Below, piece by piece: positions 15,741-24,121 of a DNA stretch of 64,000 bases; position 1 is the stretch's first letter, and each line of letters begins with the position of its first letter. The notes below the pieces were generated by a model that was not told the origin of the DNA, ran no database searches, and was given only the letters and a program-made list of their open reading frames with translations. The position numbers and the translations under genes are program-made. The stretch spans positions 32,580 through 96,579 of the forward strand of contig JAADHF010000135.1 of the NCBI GenBank assembly GCA_013151965.1. The letters run 5' to 3'. This stretch comes from Spirochaetota bacterium (GTDB lineage Bacteria > Spirochaetota > Spirochaetia > SZUA-6).

Positions 15741-15797
15741 TAACGCTTTACATTGCAGCCATCTTATCTTTTCTGATTTTTTCAGCGTCATTCCGGA

Positions 15798-16421
15798 CTA
15801 CCGGTTTCTTCTGCCTCGCCTGCGTTTCCGGGGAGGTTTTACTTCTACCCCTCCCAGCAGGGTAATACCCCTGATCTTTAATACAGGACAGTTCGGGTCT
15901 TCAGGATCAGATACACGATTTTCGATACTTCCCATAATAGGCAGCCCTGACACATCCACCCGGACATCATCGGGAACAATAATATCGAGACCTCCCATAA
16001 GGCAGAAAAACTCTAATGTCGTTGTTCCGTCCGGCATCTGCACTTCGGTAAAATCAAGCTTAACCCCTCCCAGTACAGTGATGATTTTATTATGCTTTGC
16101 AGGATTCCAGCGGCCTCTCCGTCTTATACCGCTTAAAATACCAACAATCAGATCCTTTTGTTTACTGTGTCTAACCGGCCGGGGGCTTGCCGGCTTCTGC
16201 TGCCCGGCAAGGGGCACAAGATCACCGGATAACCGTATAAGATCCTCACCTGTCGAGGTATTAAGAGCGATATCAACTCTCTTTTCATACTCTTCCACAC
16301 TTATTACATCATGGGTAAAATTACTCTCTAAAAGTTTCAGAGTCTCTTCCCGAAGCTGTTCAAGTGGTTTGCTGCTATTTTTCATGCAGCTCATTATACA
16401 AGCTTTTTTATTATTGTCCAA
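15798..16421 (-). CDS. LiaF-C-like / DUF1707-like protein (cell-envelope stress family)
   Basis: The N-terminal SVEEYEKRVDIAL segment is SHOCT/DUF1707-like. The C-terminal beta-rich LGGVKLDF...LMGGLDIIVP...LLGGVEV repeats are typical of the LiaF C-terminal domain. It has a basic tail. Confidence 0.5.
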   Translation of the reverse strand: MDNNKKACIMSCMKNSSKPLEQLREETLKLLESNFTHDVISVEEYEKRVDIALNTSTGEDLIRLSGDLVPLAGQQKPASPRPVRHSKQKDLIVGILSGIRRRGRWNPAKHNKIITVLGGVKLDFTEVQMPDGTTTLEFFCLMGGLDIIVPDDVRVDVSGLPIMGSIENRVSDPEDPNCPVLKIRGITLLGGVEVKPPRKRRRGRRNR

Positions 16422-16490
16422 TACAAGGCAGTTAGTGTAATTAACACTAATTCCCCCGGTCAGCCGGATGGCTGCCGAATTTGCGGATTC

Positions 16491-16554
16491 CTATATAAGG
16501 GAAAAACTGCCTTTTAAGGCAAACTCCCGGGCACTGTAGATAGTGATATCCAGG
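16491..16554 (+). pseudogene. Short ccsA-derived gene fragment (relic) in an intergenic region
   Basis: About 87% nucleotide identity over about 53 aligned nt to ccsA 12131..12193, including an identical 20-mer AAAAACTGCCTTTTAAGGCA. It translates YIREKLPFKANSRAL*IVISRS, versus LIRKKLPFKAETGALEIVISRA in CcsA, with an in-frame stop. Confidence 0.45.
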
Positions 16555-16575
16555 TCCCTTTTATTTTAAAACTCT

Positions 16576-17256
16576 TTATATTTCTTCTGAGAGAACAGGT
16601 ATCTCCAATCCAAGCTTCAGATACCATCCGTTACCAATAGCTGAATCAAGGCGGCCCGAAAAACCGCTGTATGTTCCGGATAAGTAGTCCATAACCCTGT
16701 ATACAGCTAAAAGCTCACAGGCGATAATGTTCTTATAATCAATAATAAGACCTCCTCCTATGTGAATACCCATTCCGCTGAAGACTGAATCACGAAGGCT
16801 CGAATCTGATAATATTACCCCGTTATCAATGTTTAGCCACCCCCATGATAAGCCTGTCATAATGACCGGACTGATAAAATCCGCCATTTTAAAAAAGGAC
16901 CATGCTGCTGAGAAGAGAACCTCGTTGTAATTACCAGAGAAAGACTGACTCATAAATTCCCCCTGATGAGCTGCCCTGTAATAAGATATTCCATTATACA
17001 TATCTATGCTCATTCCGGAGGAACCCAGTCTGAATCCTGCTTCTGCAAAAAAACCGGCAGCAGGATCCCATAAAGGTGATAGAAATGTCTCACTGTCACC
17101 ATAAAAAGCAGTTTTCCCATCGAAAGATTCAGGATCATGATTATTGTAAAATAGTCCCCCGCCGAGATAAAGATCAAAAGAATTAAAAGAACTATCTGTA
17201 AAACCAGTGGTAATTAATAAAATTAAAAACACAAAGAATAAAACTTTTTCTTTCAT
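16576..17256 (-). CDS. Putative small outer-membrane beta-barrel protein
   Basis: It has a signal peptide (MKEKVLFFVFLILLITTG) and Gly/aromatic-rich alternating strands (LYLGGGLFYNN, GIHIGGGLIIDY). I recognised no family. Confidence 0.4.
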   Translation of the reverse strand: MKEKVLFFVFLILLITTGFTDSSFNSFDLYLGGGLFYNNHDPESFDGKTAFYGDSETFLSPLWDPAAGFFAEAGFRLGSSGMSIDMYNGISYYRAAHQGEFMSQSFSGNYNEVLFSAAWSFFKMADFISPVIMTGLSWGWLNIDNGVILSDSSLRDSVFSGMGIHIGGGLIIDYKNIIACELLAVYRVMDYLSGTYSGFSGRLDSAIGNGWYLKLGLEIPVLSEEI

Positions 17257-17407
17257 ACAATGTACTCCTGATACACTTTTTCCCTGATAGAGACCTAATA
17301 ATCACCCTAAACACTAATGAGAGTAATCATAGTTGTAATAGTTCAGCAGGTCAAGGAGTCCATTACTGTAAGCATTTTAAGTAAACAAATCTGACCGTTC
17401 CTGTTTT

Positions 17408-18145
17408 TCACCTCTTTAAATACCGGGCAGTAAACAGGGCATCTTTTAGCCCCGTATCGAACTTAACCTCCGAAAGTATGATCTTTGTCCTGTGGTCATT
17501 CTTAAGATCGTGTGCCTCGATTTCCCCGGCAACCCAATAGTTCCCGATTTTCTTAATTCTTTTCCACTCGACAGTTTTCCTCAGCCGGTTGTTTTTATCA
17601 TAATATTCCGCTCTTTTAATGTAAAAGTTATCCCGGCGCACCCATATCTTAAGCCGGCTGTATTCCTTCTTTTGTTCCTCTTTTTTTTTCAGTTCCAGGA
17701 CGAAATACTCCCCGGTTGTTTCCTCCAGTACCGGATCATATTCGTCTGCATAGTTAAGATTTCCCAGATCCTCGTAGGTAAAATCGGTGCCGGCAAACTT
17801 CCGGTTTTTAATATCCGAAGCTATTCGGCGCACTCTTCTGAAAGCAGGAAGATAGAGGTATATCCGGTTGCCGGGAAGATTTAGAAAAGCGATCCCTCTC
17901 TGGCTTGCAGGGGAGAGAAATTTTATCATTCTTTTTTCGCCCTTCTGGATCATTACGATTTCACGTTCCTTTTTATTCCCCTGTCTGTCGATAAGAATGA
18001 GCTTTGCTTTTAGTTCCCGGTCTTTTGGAGCATTGATAACACTGTCGATCTTTCCGAGAATCTCACGTGCGGTAAGTTCTTCAGCCGCAGCTGAAAATGA
18101 AATTGTCAAAATCAGAATTATAATGATTGCTGCAGTTTTTTTCAT
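17408..18145 (-). CDS. LolA-like outer-membrane lipoprotein-sorting family protein (MMPL partner)
   Basis: It has a signal peptide. Its size and composition are typical of LolA-like proteins encoded next to MMPL/RND exporters. It has a 1-nt TAATG overlap with the upstream MMPL gene. Confidence 0.6.
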   Translation of the reverse strand: MKKTAAIIIILILTISFSAAAEELTAREILGKIDSVINAPKDRELKAKLILIDRQGNKKEREIVMIQKGEKRMIKFLSPASQRGIAFLNLPGNRIYLYLPAFRRVRRIASDIKNRKFAGTDFTYEDLGNLNYADEYDPVLEETTGEYFVLELKKKEEQKKEYSRLKIWVRRDNFYIKRAEYYDKNNRLRKTVEWKRIKKIGNYWVAGEIEAHDLKNDHRTKIILSEVKFDTGLKDALFTARYLKR

Positions 18146-21057
18146 TACATATCTCCTTTTATTTTTACGGCCTTTTTAAAATATTTCGGTTTAAATACAA
18201 TAATAAGAGCCGGCAGAACAGTCAGAGTAAAAAGTGCACTGATGAACATTGTCAGAGCGGTAAGTCCGCCGAATCTCCGAATGTGCTGACCTCCGGCCAG
18301 CAGAAGTACCGTAAAGCCGAGACCTACGGTAAGGGCATTGATTATTATGGCCACTCCGGTAGTGCCCATAGTTTTCTTTAGAGCCAGACGCTCATCCTTA
18401 AGGCTATAAAGCTCCATCCTGAAACGTGATGTAAAATGAACGGCATAGTCGATACCCAGTCCGACGGCAATAGAAGCGATCATAGAGGTAAAGGAATCGA
18501 GTCCGATACCGGAAAAACCCATAACAGCAAAATTAACCAGTATTGTCAAACTGATGGGTATAACGGAGATTAACCCTCCTACCATGGAACGCTGAACCAG
18601 GGACAGCAGGAGAATAACAACAATCAGAGCAAGGAGCATACTGTATATCTGGCTGGGAGCAAGTGCAGCTTCCATGTGATTCAGAACAGGAGCCAGTCCG
18701 GTTTGATTCATAATAATCCGAACTTCACGTGTTCCTTCGAGGCCTGCACCGCCGGAAATTTTCAGATAGGCTTCTCTGTTTATTACCATGAGATTTTCAT
18801 TCATTTCCCATAAATCACCCTTTAAGTCTCTGACGAGATCCTTATTTTCCTCCAGGCCGGGGATGAGGATCTTTTTTAAACCTTCGAAGGCCGCGCCTAC
18901 TTTTATATTGCCTGCCGTCCCGGAAATCAATTGTCCTAAAGAGCCGGAAAGATAAGCCGCATCTTCATCGGAAGTTCCCGGAATTTCGGATTTTACAATG
19001 GAGGCGATCTGTTCGGGAGAAATTCCCCTGGTTTTTTTGAACTTCTTAACGATCCTGCCGGCAAGTTCCCGGGCTCCGGAGGCCGAAACAATTTTTATAT
19101 CGGATTCATCACTCACAAGGTACCCGGCTATGATACCCTGCAGTTCGGAGTATGCGCCGGTCTGCATTTTTTTCCGAAACACGGCAGCATTAACTACCTT
19201 TTCGATTATGCTGCTGTCAATTTTAATGTTCCTGGCCTTTAAGGTCCGCTGCAGACTATCCGTTATTTTTTGCGCTCTGATTCTTAAAAAAGCCTCTCTC
19301 TTAACCGGTGGAATATTTCGAAGATCGAAAGAGACAAAGGTCCCGGGAAGCTCACCTAAATAACGATTAATCTGTTCCACAGCCGTAACCATCGGGCGGG
19401 TAGCCATTGTGGCAAGCCTTCCCTGAATAAGCGCTTCTCTGCCGTCGGAAGTAACCATCTGCTCGAGCAGGCTATTACCCTCCATAAGAAACAACAGATT
19501 GGCCACCCCGTCTCTGGTTTCCGGAACCGTATAGCGGCCGTTCATTGCATAGTTCATTTCACTGATAATATCGGCGATAGAACGGGATTTGGACACGAGC
19601 GGTACCGTATTCAGATAGCGTGCAACACGGCGCATAATCTTTAAAGTAACGGGATCGTCGATATCTCCTTTAACCAGCACCTGGATCGGTACGGATCCGC
19701 CGAACTTCTTTCGCAGCAGCATTTCCGCTTTGTGAGCCTTGCTCCCCTTCTGCAGACAGAGAGACCAATCAACATCCTTGACAATCATGGGAATACCGGC
19801 AACCGAAATTCCGATAATCACCATTGCAAAGATTAATACCAGTATTCTGTTTTTATAAATGAGCTCGCCGGCCCTTTCCATAAACGGGTTGCTGTTTTTA
19901 ACCGCCGCTTTCCCCGGACCGGGGGTACGGTTTCGGGCGAAAGACAACAGTGCAGGAAGAAGGGTAAATGTTACTGCCAGGGCAAAAAACAATCCCAGGG
20001 CGGTAACAAGGCCGAACTGTTTTATAACCGAAAACTGAGAGATAACCAGGGAAGAAAAACCGACCATTGTGGTAACCGTTGTGATCACAAAAGGCAGCCA
20101 CATTTCTGACATAGTTTCCTTAATGGCATCGTTCGGCTTCTCCAGGCTTTTCCGTATTTCATAGTAACGCTTCATAAAATGGATGCCGTCTGCGCTTCCG
20201 AGAGCGATCAGGATAACCGGCATAAGCCCGGTAATCAGGTCTATGGTAAGACCGAATAATGTGATAAGTCCCATGGTAAAGACAGTCGCAAGAATTACAA
20301 TTGTAAGAGGCAGCAGTACACCGCCGGGCTTGCGAAAGGAAACGAAAAGTATCAGGAATATAATGATCAATATAATCGGGACCAGAATACGCATATTTTC
20401 GGATATAAGGGTGGTCATCGCACCCATCAATGACGGCATGCCGCCGAAAGAAATGTTATCGCCGGACGGGGCTATTTTATCGGTTATCCGCTGCAGCTTA
20501 TTTATGACCTTAATTTCACTGGCTCCTGCGGAAAGACGAAGAACAATAATCGCTGCTTTTCCGTCTTTGGAGACCAGGTTGCCCACATACCTCTCATTGG
20601 ACATGACATAATCCCTGAACCTTTTAAGCGCTTTCGGGCTGTCAGGAATTTTACCTCCCCGGAGGAGCCGGCCTACTTCCAGTCCCTGTCCGGTCCTTTT
20701 AAAATCGAGGACATTAATGAGACTTGTTACATAGGAAACCCCTTTAACGTTCTCATAAACCGCTGTAAGTTTCTTAAGGAGCGACAGAGTATCGGCACTG
20801 AAGACATCGTTACTTTCAACCAGCACCATGGTTATCGACTTTCCCGCGAAAATTTTCCCGATACGGTTAAACTGTTCTACAAGGGGATTGTTCTGCTGCA
20901 GATAGGAAGAGAAATCGGCGTTGAGTTTAACCCTGGTAACCTGGTAGCCGAAAAAAAGACTCAAAAGAACCATCACGATTATTACTGTAACCCTGTGGCG
21001 GATAATGAAACCGGTAAAAGATTTTATCATTGGTAAAAGCACCTCCTCGATTGGCAA
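18145..21057 (-). CDS. MMPL/RND-superfamily exporter (two 6-TM bundles with large periplasmic loops)
   Basis: It is 970 aa with duplicated TM blocks (GGMPSLMGAMTTLISENM...; SMVGGLISVIPISLTILVNFAVMG...GIDYAVHF) typical of MMPL/SSD transporters. An alternative start is at 21030. Confidence 0.85.
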   Translation of the reverse strand: MPIEEVLLPMIKSFTGFIIRHRVTVIIVMVLLSLFFGYQVTRVKLNADFSSYLQQNNPLVEQFNRIGKIFAGKSITMVLVESNDVFSADTLSLLKKLTAVYENVKGVSYVTSLINVLDFKRTGQGLEVGRLLRGGKIPDSPKALKRFRDYVMSNERYVGNLVSKDGKAAIIVLRLSAGASEIKVINKLQRITDKIAPSGDNISFGGMPSLMGAMTTLISENMRILVPIILIIIFLILFVSFRKPGGVLLPLTIVILATVFTMGLITLFGLTIDLITGLMPVILIALGSADGIHFMKRYYEIRKSLEKPNDAIKETMSEMWLPFVITTVTTMVGFSSLVISQFSVIKQFGLVTALGLFFALAVTFTLLPALLSFARNRTPGPGKAAVKNSNPFMERAGELIYKNRILVLIFAMVIIGISVAGIPMIVKDVDWSLCLQKGSKAHKAEMLLRKKFGGSVPIQVLVKGDIDDPVTLKIMRRVARYLNTVPLVSKSRSIADIISEMNYAMNGRYTVPETRDGVANLLFLMEGNSLLEQMVTSDGREALIQGRLATMATRPMVTAVEQINRYLGELPGTFVSFDLRNIPPVKREAFLRIRAQKITDSLQRTLKARNIKIDSSIIEKVVNAAVFRKKMQTGAYSELQGIIAGYLVSDESDIKIVSASGARELAGRIVKKFKKTRGISPEQIASIVKSEIPGTSDEDAAYLSGSLGQLISGTAGNIKVGAAFEGLKKILIPGLEENKDLVRDLKGDLWEMNENLMVINREAYLKISGGAGLEGTREVRIIMNQTGLAPVLNHMEAALAPSQIYSMLLALIVVILLLSLVQRSMVGGLISVIPISLTILVNFAVMGFSGIGLDSFTSMIASIAVGLGIDYAVHFTSRFRMELYSLKDERLALKKTMGTTGVAIIINALTVGLGFTVLLLAGGQHIRRFGGLTALTMFISALFTLTVLPALIIVFKPKYFKKAVKIKGDM

Positions 21058-21211
21058 ACTGTTCCGGCACGAATCGTTATCCCTGCGGAATAGTCTTTAT
21101 CTGTTAATAGAGCATTAGTATACAGCGGTTTTTTTTCTGTGGCCTTCGTTATATTGCCGGAGATGTGCGGTTTCTTGCGTAAATTTATTAGACACCGGTG
21201 CGGAAAGCTGC

Positions 21212-21874
21212 TCAGCGTTCTTTCGGATAATGCCTCTCATGGATAGGTGCAAAGTGCTGCACCATTTCGTCCCGAATAATCCAGAAAGATCCTGACAGAT
21301 ATTTTCCGATCCGGTTAAAAAAGTTTGGTCTGCTGTGCGGGGATTTCCTGTAGGCAAGCGGGCTTTGACCGAAATATCTTTTAAACTGCTTTGTGAAATG
21401 GCTTGTGCTGTTTAAACCCAGTTCGAGACAAATATCCAATACGGTTCTGTTCGTCTCCCGAAGTAAACGGGATGCATACTTCATCCGCGTACGGGCGATG
21501 AAACTTTGCAGGGTCTCATTTTCTGCCAGCGAAAATGTGCGGCTTAGATGAAAGGGGCTTATTGCCATGGCTCGTGATATTGCAGACAGCCGGAGTGCAC
21601 CGGGTTCCAGCAGGTGATTGTTGACATAACTTTTCACCTCCTCGATTTTCTGTTCTTTTAGAAGTGTCATCACCTCGAATCCTGCGTCCTCAACCGCTTC
21701 GCGAATCCGGTCGAAAGTTATTCGATCGGAGTTATACTCCAGATCCACCCTGCCGATTTTTACGGTAACTTTTTTAAACGGCAGTCCGGACATTTCTCTT
21801 TTTAACACTCGTATACATCGTGCACAGCACATGCCTTTGATATAAATTGTTTTTTTCAGGTGACCATTTGTCAT
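21212..21874 (-). CDS. AraC-family transcriptional regulator with N-terminal heavy-metal-associated (HMA) domain
   Basis: IYIKGMCCARCIRVLKREM is a GMxCxxC-type HMA motif. The C-terminal AraC HTH is SPFHLSRTFS...LGLNSTSHFTKQFKRYFGQSPLAYRK. Confidence 0.8.
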   Translation of the reverse strand: MTNGHLKKTIYIKGMCCARCIRVLKREMSGLPFKKVTVKIGRVDLEYNSDRITFDRIREAVEDAGFEVMTLLKEQKIEEVKSYVNNHLLEPGALRLSAISRAMAISPFHLSRTFSLAENETLQSFIARTRMKYASRLLRETNRTVLDICLELGLNSTSHFTKQFKRYFGQSPLAYRKSPHSRPNFFNRIGKYLSGSFWIIRDEMVQHFAPIHERHYPKER

Positions 21875-21990
21875 TCTTTATTTTTTCTTTCGGCGATGAT
21901 TATAGTAAAACTTAAAAATCTGTACAAGGAGAAAAATACGGTTTGACGGTTTACCTTCAGAAACACTATTAAAAACGAAAGCAGAAAGTA

Positions 21991-22019
21991 TTGACAGGAA
22001 ATTAATTCACACTTATATT
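21991..22019 (+). promoter_or_regulatory. Candidate sigma70 promoter upstream of ptsI-YHS
   Basis: TTGACA (21991..21996), 17-nt spacer, TATATT (22014..22019), about 110 nt upstream of the ATG at 22129. Confidence 0.45.
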
Positions 22020-22128
22020 ATACCCGGGGGGGGTATGGTAATACGAGTTAAAGAATATCCGACCCGCAGGGTTAAAGGAATCAGATATCAGTAAAAATCT
22101 GAGGCAGGACCGTATAAAAGATAAAGAT

Positions 22129-24024
22129 ATGGCAGAATTATTAATCAGAGGAGAAATTCTTGCGCCGGGAATGGCCGTTGGCAGGGTCTGTTTCTTTAAC
22201 AATCACCCTGATTCATCCGGAGATATTAACGAAAGGCCGTATTCCGATATTAGCGGGGAAATAGACAGGTTCGATCGCGAAATCGAACGGCTTAAAGTTG
22301 ACCTTCAGGCAGCCGTGAAAATCCTTCAGATTGATTCTCTGTACGAAGCAGCCGAAATAATACAGACACATGTGTTGATTCTGGAAGATGAGGATTTTCT
22401 GAACCGTGTACATGAACAAATCAGAAAAAATCATCTTGCCGCCGAAATTGCTCTTGAGTATGTCTTAGGCGAAATAATCGATATCCTGGAAAAATCAGAA
22501 AACTCGCTTGTTTCTCAGCGAACTGCAGATATCAGAGATATTATGCTTCGATTAAAAATGAATCTTAAGAATGAAGACCAGGCTGTTTTTAAAAAAGTAT
22601 TAAGCAATGTCAGTTCGCCTGTCGTCGTATTAAAGGAGCTTCTCCCCTCCATGGTACTGGAGGCCAGAGAATCAAAAGTATCCGGTCTGCTGGTTTCGGA
22701 GGGGACATCTCTTTCTCATGCTGCTATCCTTGCGAAATCGTTCGGCATTCCTATACTCAGGATAACGAATCTCCGGCAGGCACCAATGAAATACAATCAG
22801 GAAGTCTTAATCGATGCAATTACAGGCAGGCTCGTTCTTAACCCCACAAAAGAAAGCATACAGGCATTAAAGAAAAGCAAAAAGATTGGTACAAGGGAGA
22901 AACCTCTGCTGCCTGTGGGAGTATGGGCTAATATTATAGACCCGGAACAGGTTAACAGAGAACTACTCCTGAATACGGAAGGTATAGGATTATACAGAAC
23001 AGAATTTCTTTTTATGCGCCACCAGGAAGGATTTCCGGATGAAGAAACTCAGTATTCGGTTTATTCATCATTATTCGAAAAATGCGGTAATTCACCGGTA
23101 ACAGTCAGAACTCTCGATATCGGGGGAGATAAAACTCTTCCTTATTTTTCGTTCGGCCCGCAGGACAATCCTTTCCTGGGACTCAGGGCTCACAGGATTT
23201 ACAGATTTCACCCGGAAATACTTCTTACCCAGCTGAGAGCTATTCTGCGGGCAGCGGTAAAGGGCGGACAATTACGAATACTCTTTCCCATGATAGAAAG
23301 TGTCGATGAATTGCTTTTTCTAAAAGAACTTCTTTCCCGTGCAGAAGAATCCCTTAAGAGCAGCGGCACTGAATATATGAAAAACTACCAACAGGGGATT
23401 CTGATAGAAGTTCCTTCTGCGGTATGGAGCTTTAACAACCTGCTGCAGCTTGTTGATTTTGCCAGTATCGGAACTAATGATCTGTTTCAGTACTTCTTTG
23501 CTGTGGATAGAAATAATGCAAATGTGCAGCATTCCTACCAGCCGGAAAACCCGGCTGCTCTGCGTATGTTAAAATCCCTTGTCGATACTGCCGCGGAAGC
23601 TGATAAACCGCTTAATATATGCGGGGAAACGGCGTCGGATTTACATTACCTTCCGTTATTGATCGGGCTGGGATTTGATAATATCAGCATTGATTTCCAT
23701 ATGCTTAATCCTGTTATCGAGGTCTTAAAAAACCTCGATGTACCCGGGATAAAGAAAGTTGTGCAGAGGTGCCTGACTGCCTCCACTTTTGTCGAAGTCC
23801 GAAATAATCTGGAAAAAGCCGGATTTGCCGCCCGGCCCGATGCCGCTCCAGCCGTTTTTCAGGAACAGGAAACAATCGACCCGGTTTGTAAAATGGTAGT
23901 TCATACCAGGAATAACCGGTTTGTTGCGGAAAAAAAGGGAAAAAAATACTACTTCTGCTCGCAGGACTGCATGAATCGTTTTTTAAACGATGGGAACAAA
24001 GAACAACTGCAGAATGAAAAATAA
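22129..24024 (+). CDS. ptsI: Phosphoenolpyruvate-protein phosphotransferase (PTS Enzyme I) with C-terminal YHS/TRASH metal-binding domain
   Basis: The EI hallmarks are the phospho-His region GTSLSHAAILAKSFGIP, the PEP-binding SIGTNDLFQYFFAVDRNN, and the catalytic Cys in NICGETASD. The extra C-terminal DPVCKMVVHTRNNRFVAEKKGKKYYFCSQDCMNRF is a YHS-type motif (about 23878..23994). Confidence 0.85.
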   Translation: MAELLIRGEILAPGMAVGRVCFFNNHPDSSGDINERPYSDISGEIDRFDREIERLKVDLQAAVKILQIDSLYEAAEIIQTHVLILEDEDFLNRVHEQIRKNHLAAEIALEYVLGEIIDILEKSENSLVSQRTADIRDIMLRLKMNLKNEDQAVFKKVLSNVSSPVVVLKELLPSMVLEARESKVSGLLVSEGTSLSHAAILAKSFGIPILRITNLRQAPMKYNQEVLIDAITGRLVLNPTKESIQALKKSKKIGTREKPLLPVGVWANIIDPEQVNRELLLNTEGIGLYRTEFLFMRHQEGFPDEETQYSVYSSLFEKCGNSPVTVRTLDIGGDKTLPYFSFGPQDNPFLGLRAHRIYRFHPEILLTQLRAILRAAVKGGQLRILFPMIESVDELLFLKELLSRAEESLKSSGTEYMKNYQQGILIEVPSAVWSFNNLLQLVDFASIGTNDLFQYFFAVDRNNANVQHSYQPENPAALRMLKSLVDTAAEADKPLNICGETASDLHYLPLLIGLGFDNISIDFHMLNPVIEVLKNLDVPGIKKVVQRCLTASTFVEVRNNLEKAGFAARPDAAPAVFQEQETIDPVCKMVVHTRNNRFVAEKKGKKYYFCSQDCMNRFLNDGNKEQLQNEK

Positions 24025-24121
24025 ATGCCGCGGGAAAACTATCCGCCGGCCTCGTGATTACCTGTAGTTAAAATCACATGAATGAGCTTAAAAACAGAAT
24101 AGTAATATACGGAGGAAAATA

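Noticed and set aside
17681-17689. A T9 homopolymer inside the LolA-like gene, encoding KKK on the coding strand, as a possible phase-variation tract.
   Set aside because: The tract is short for slipped-strand switching. Lys-rich runs are common in this protein, and there is no supporting evidence.
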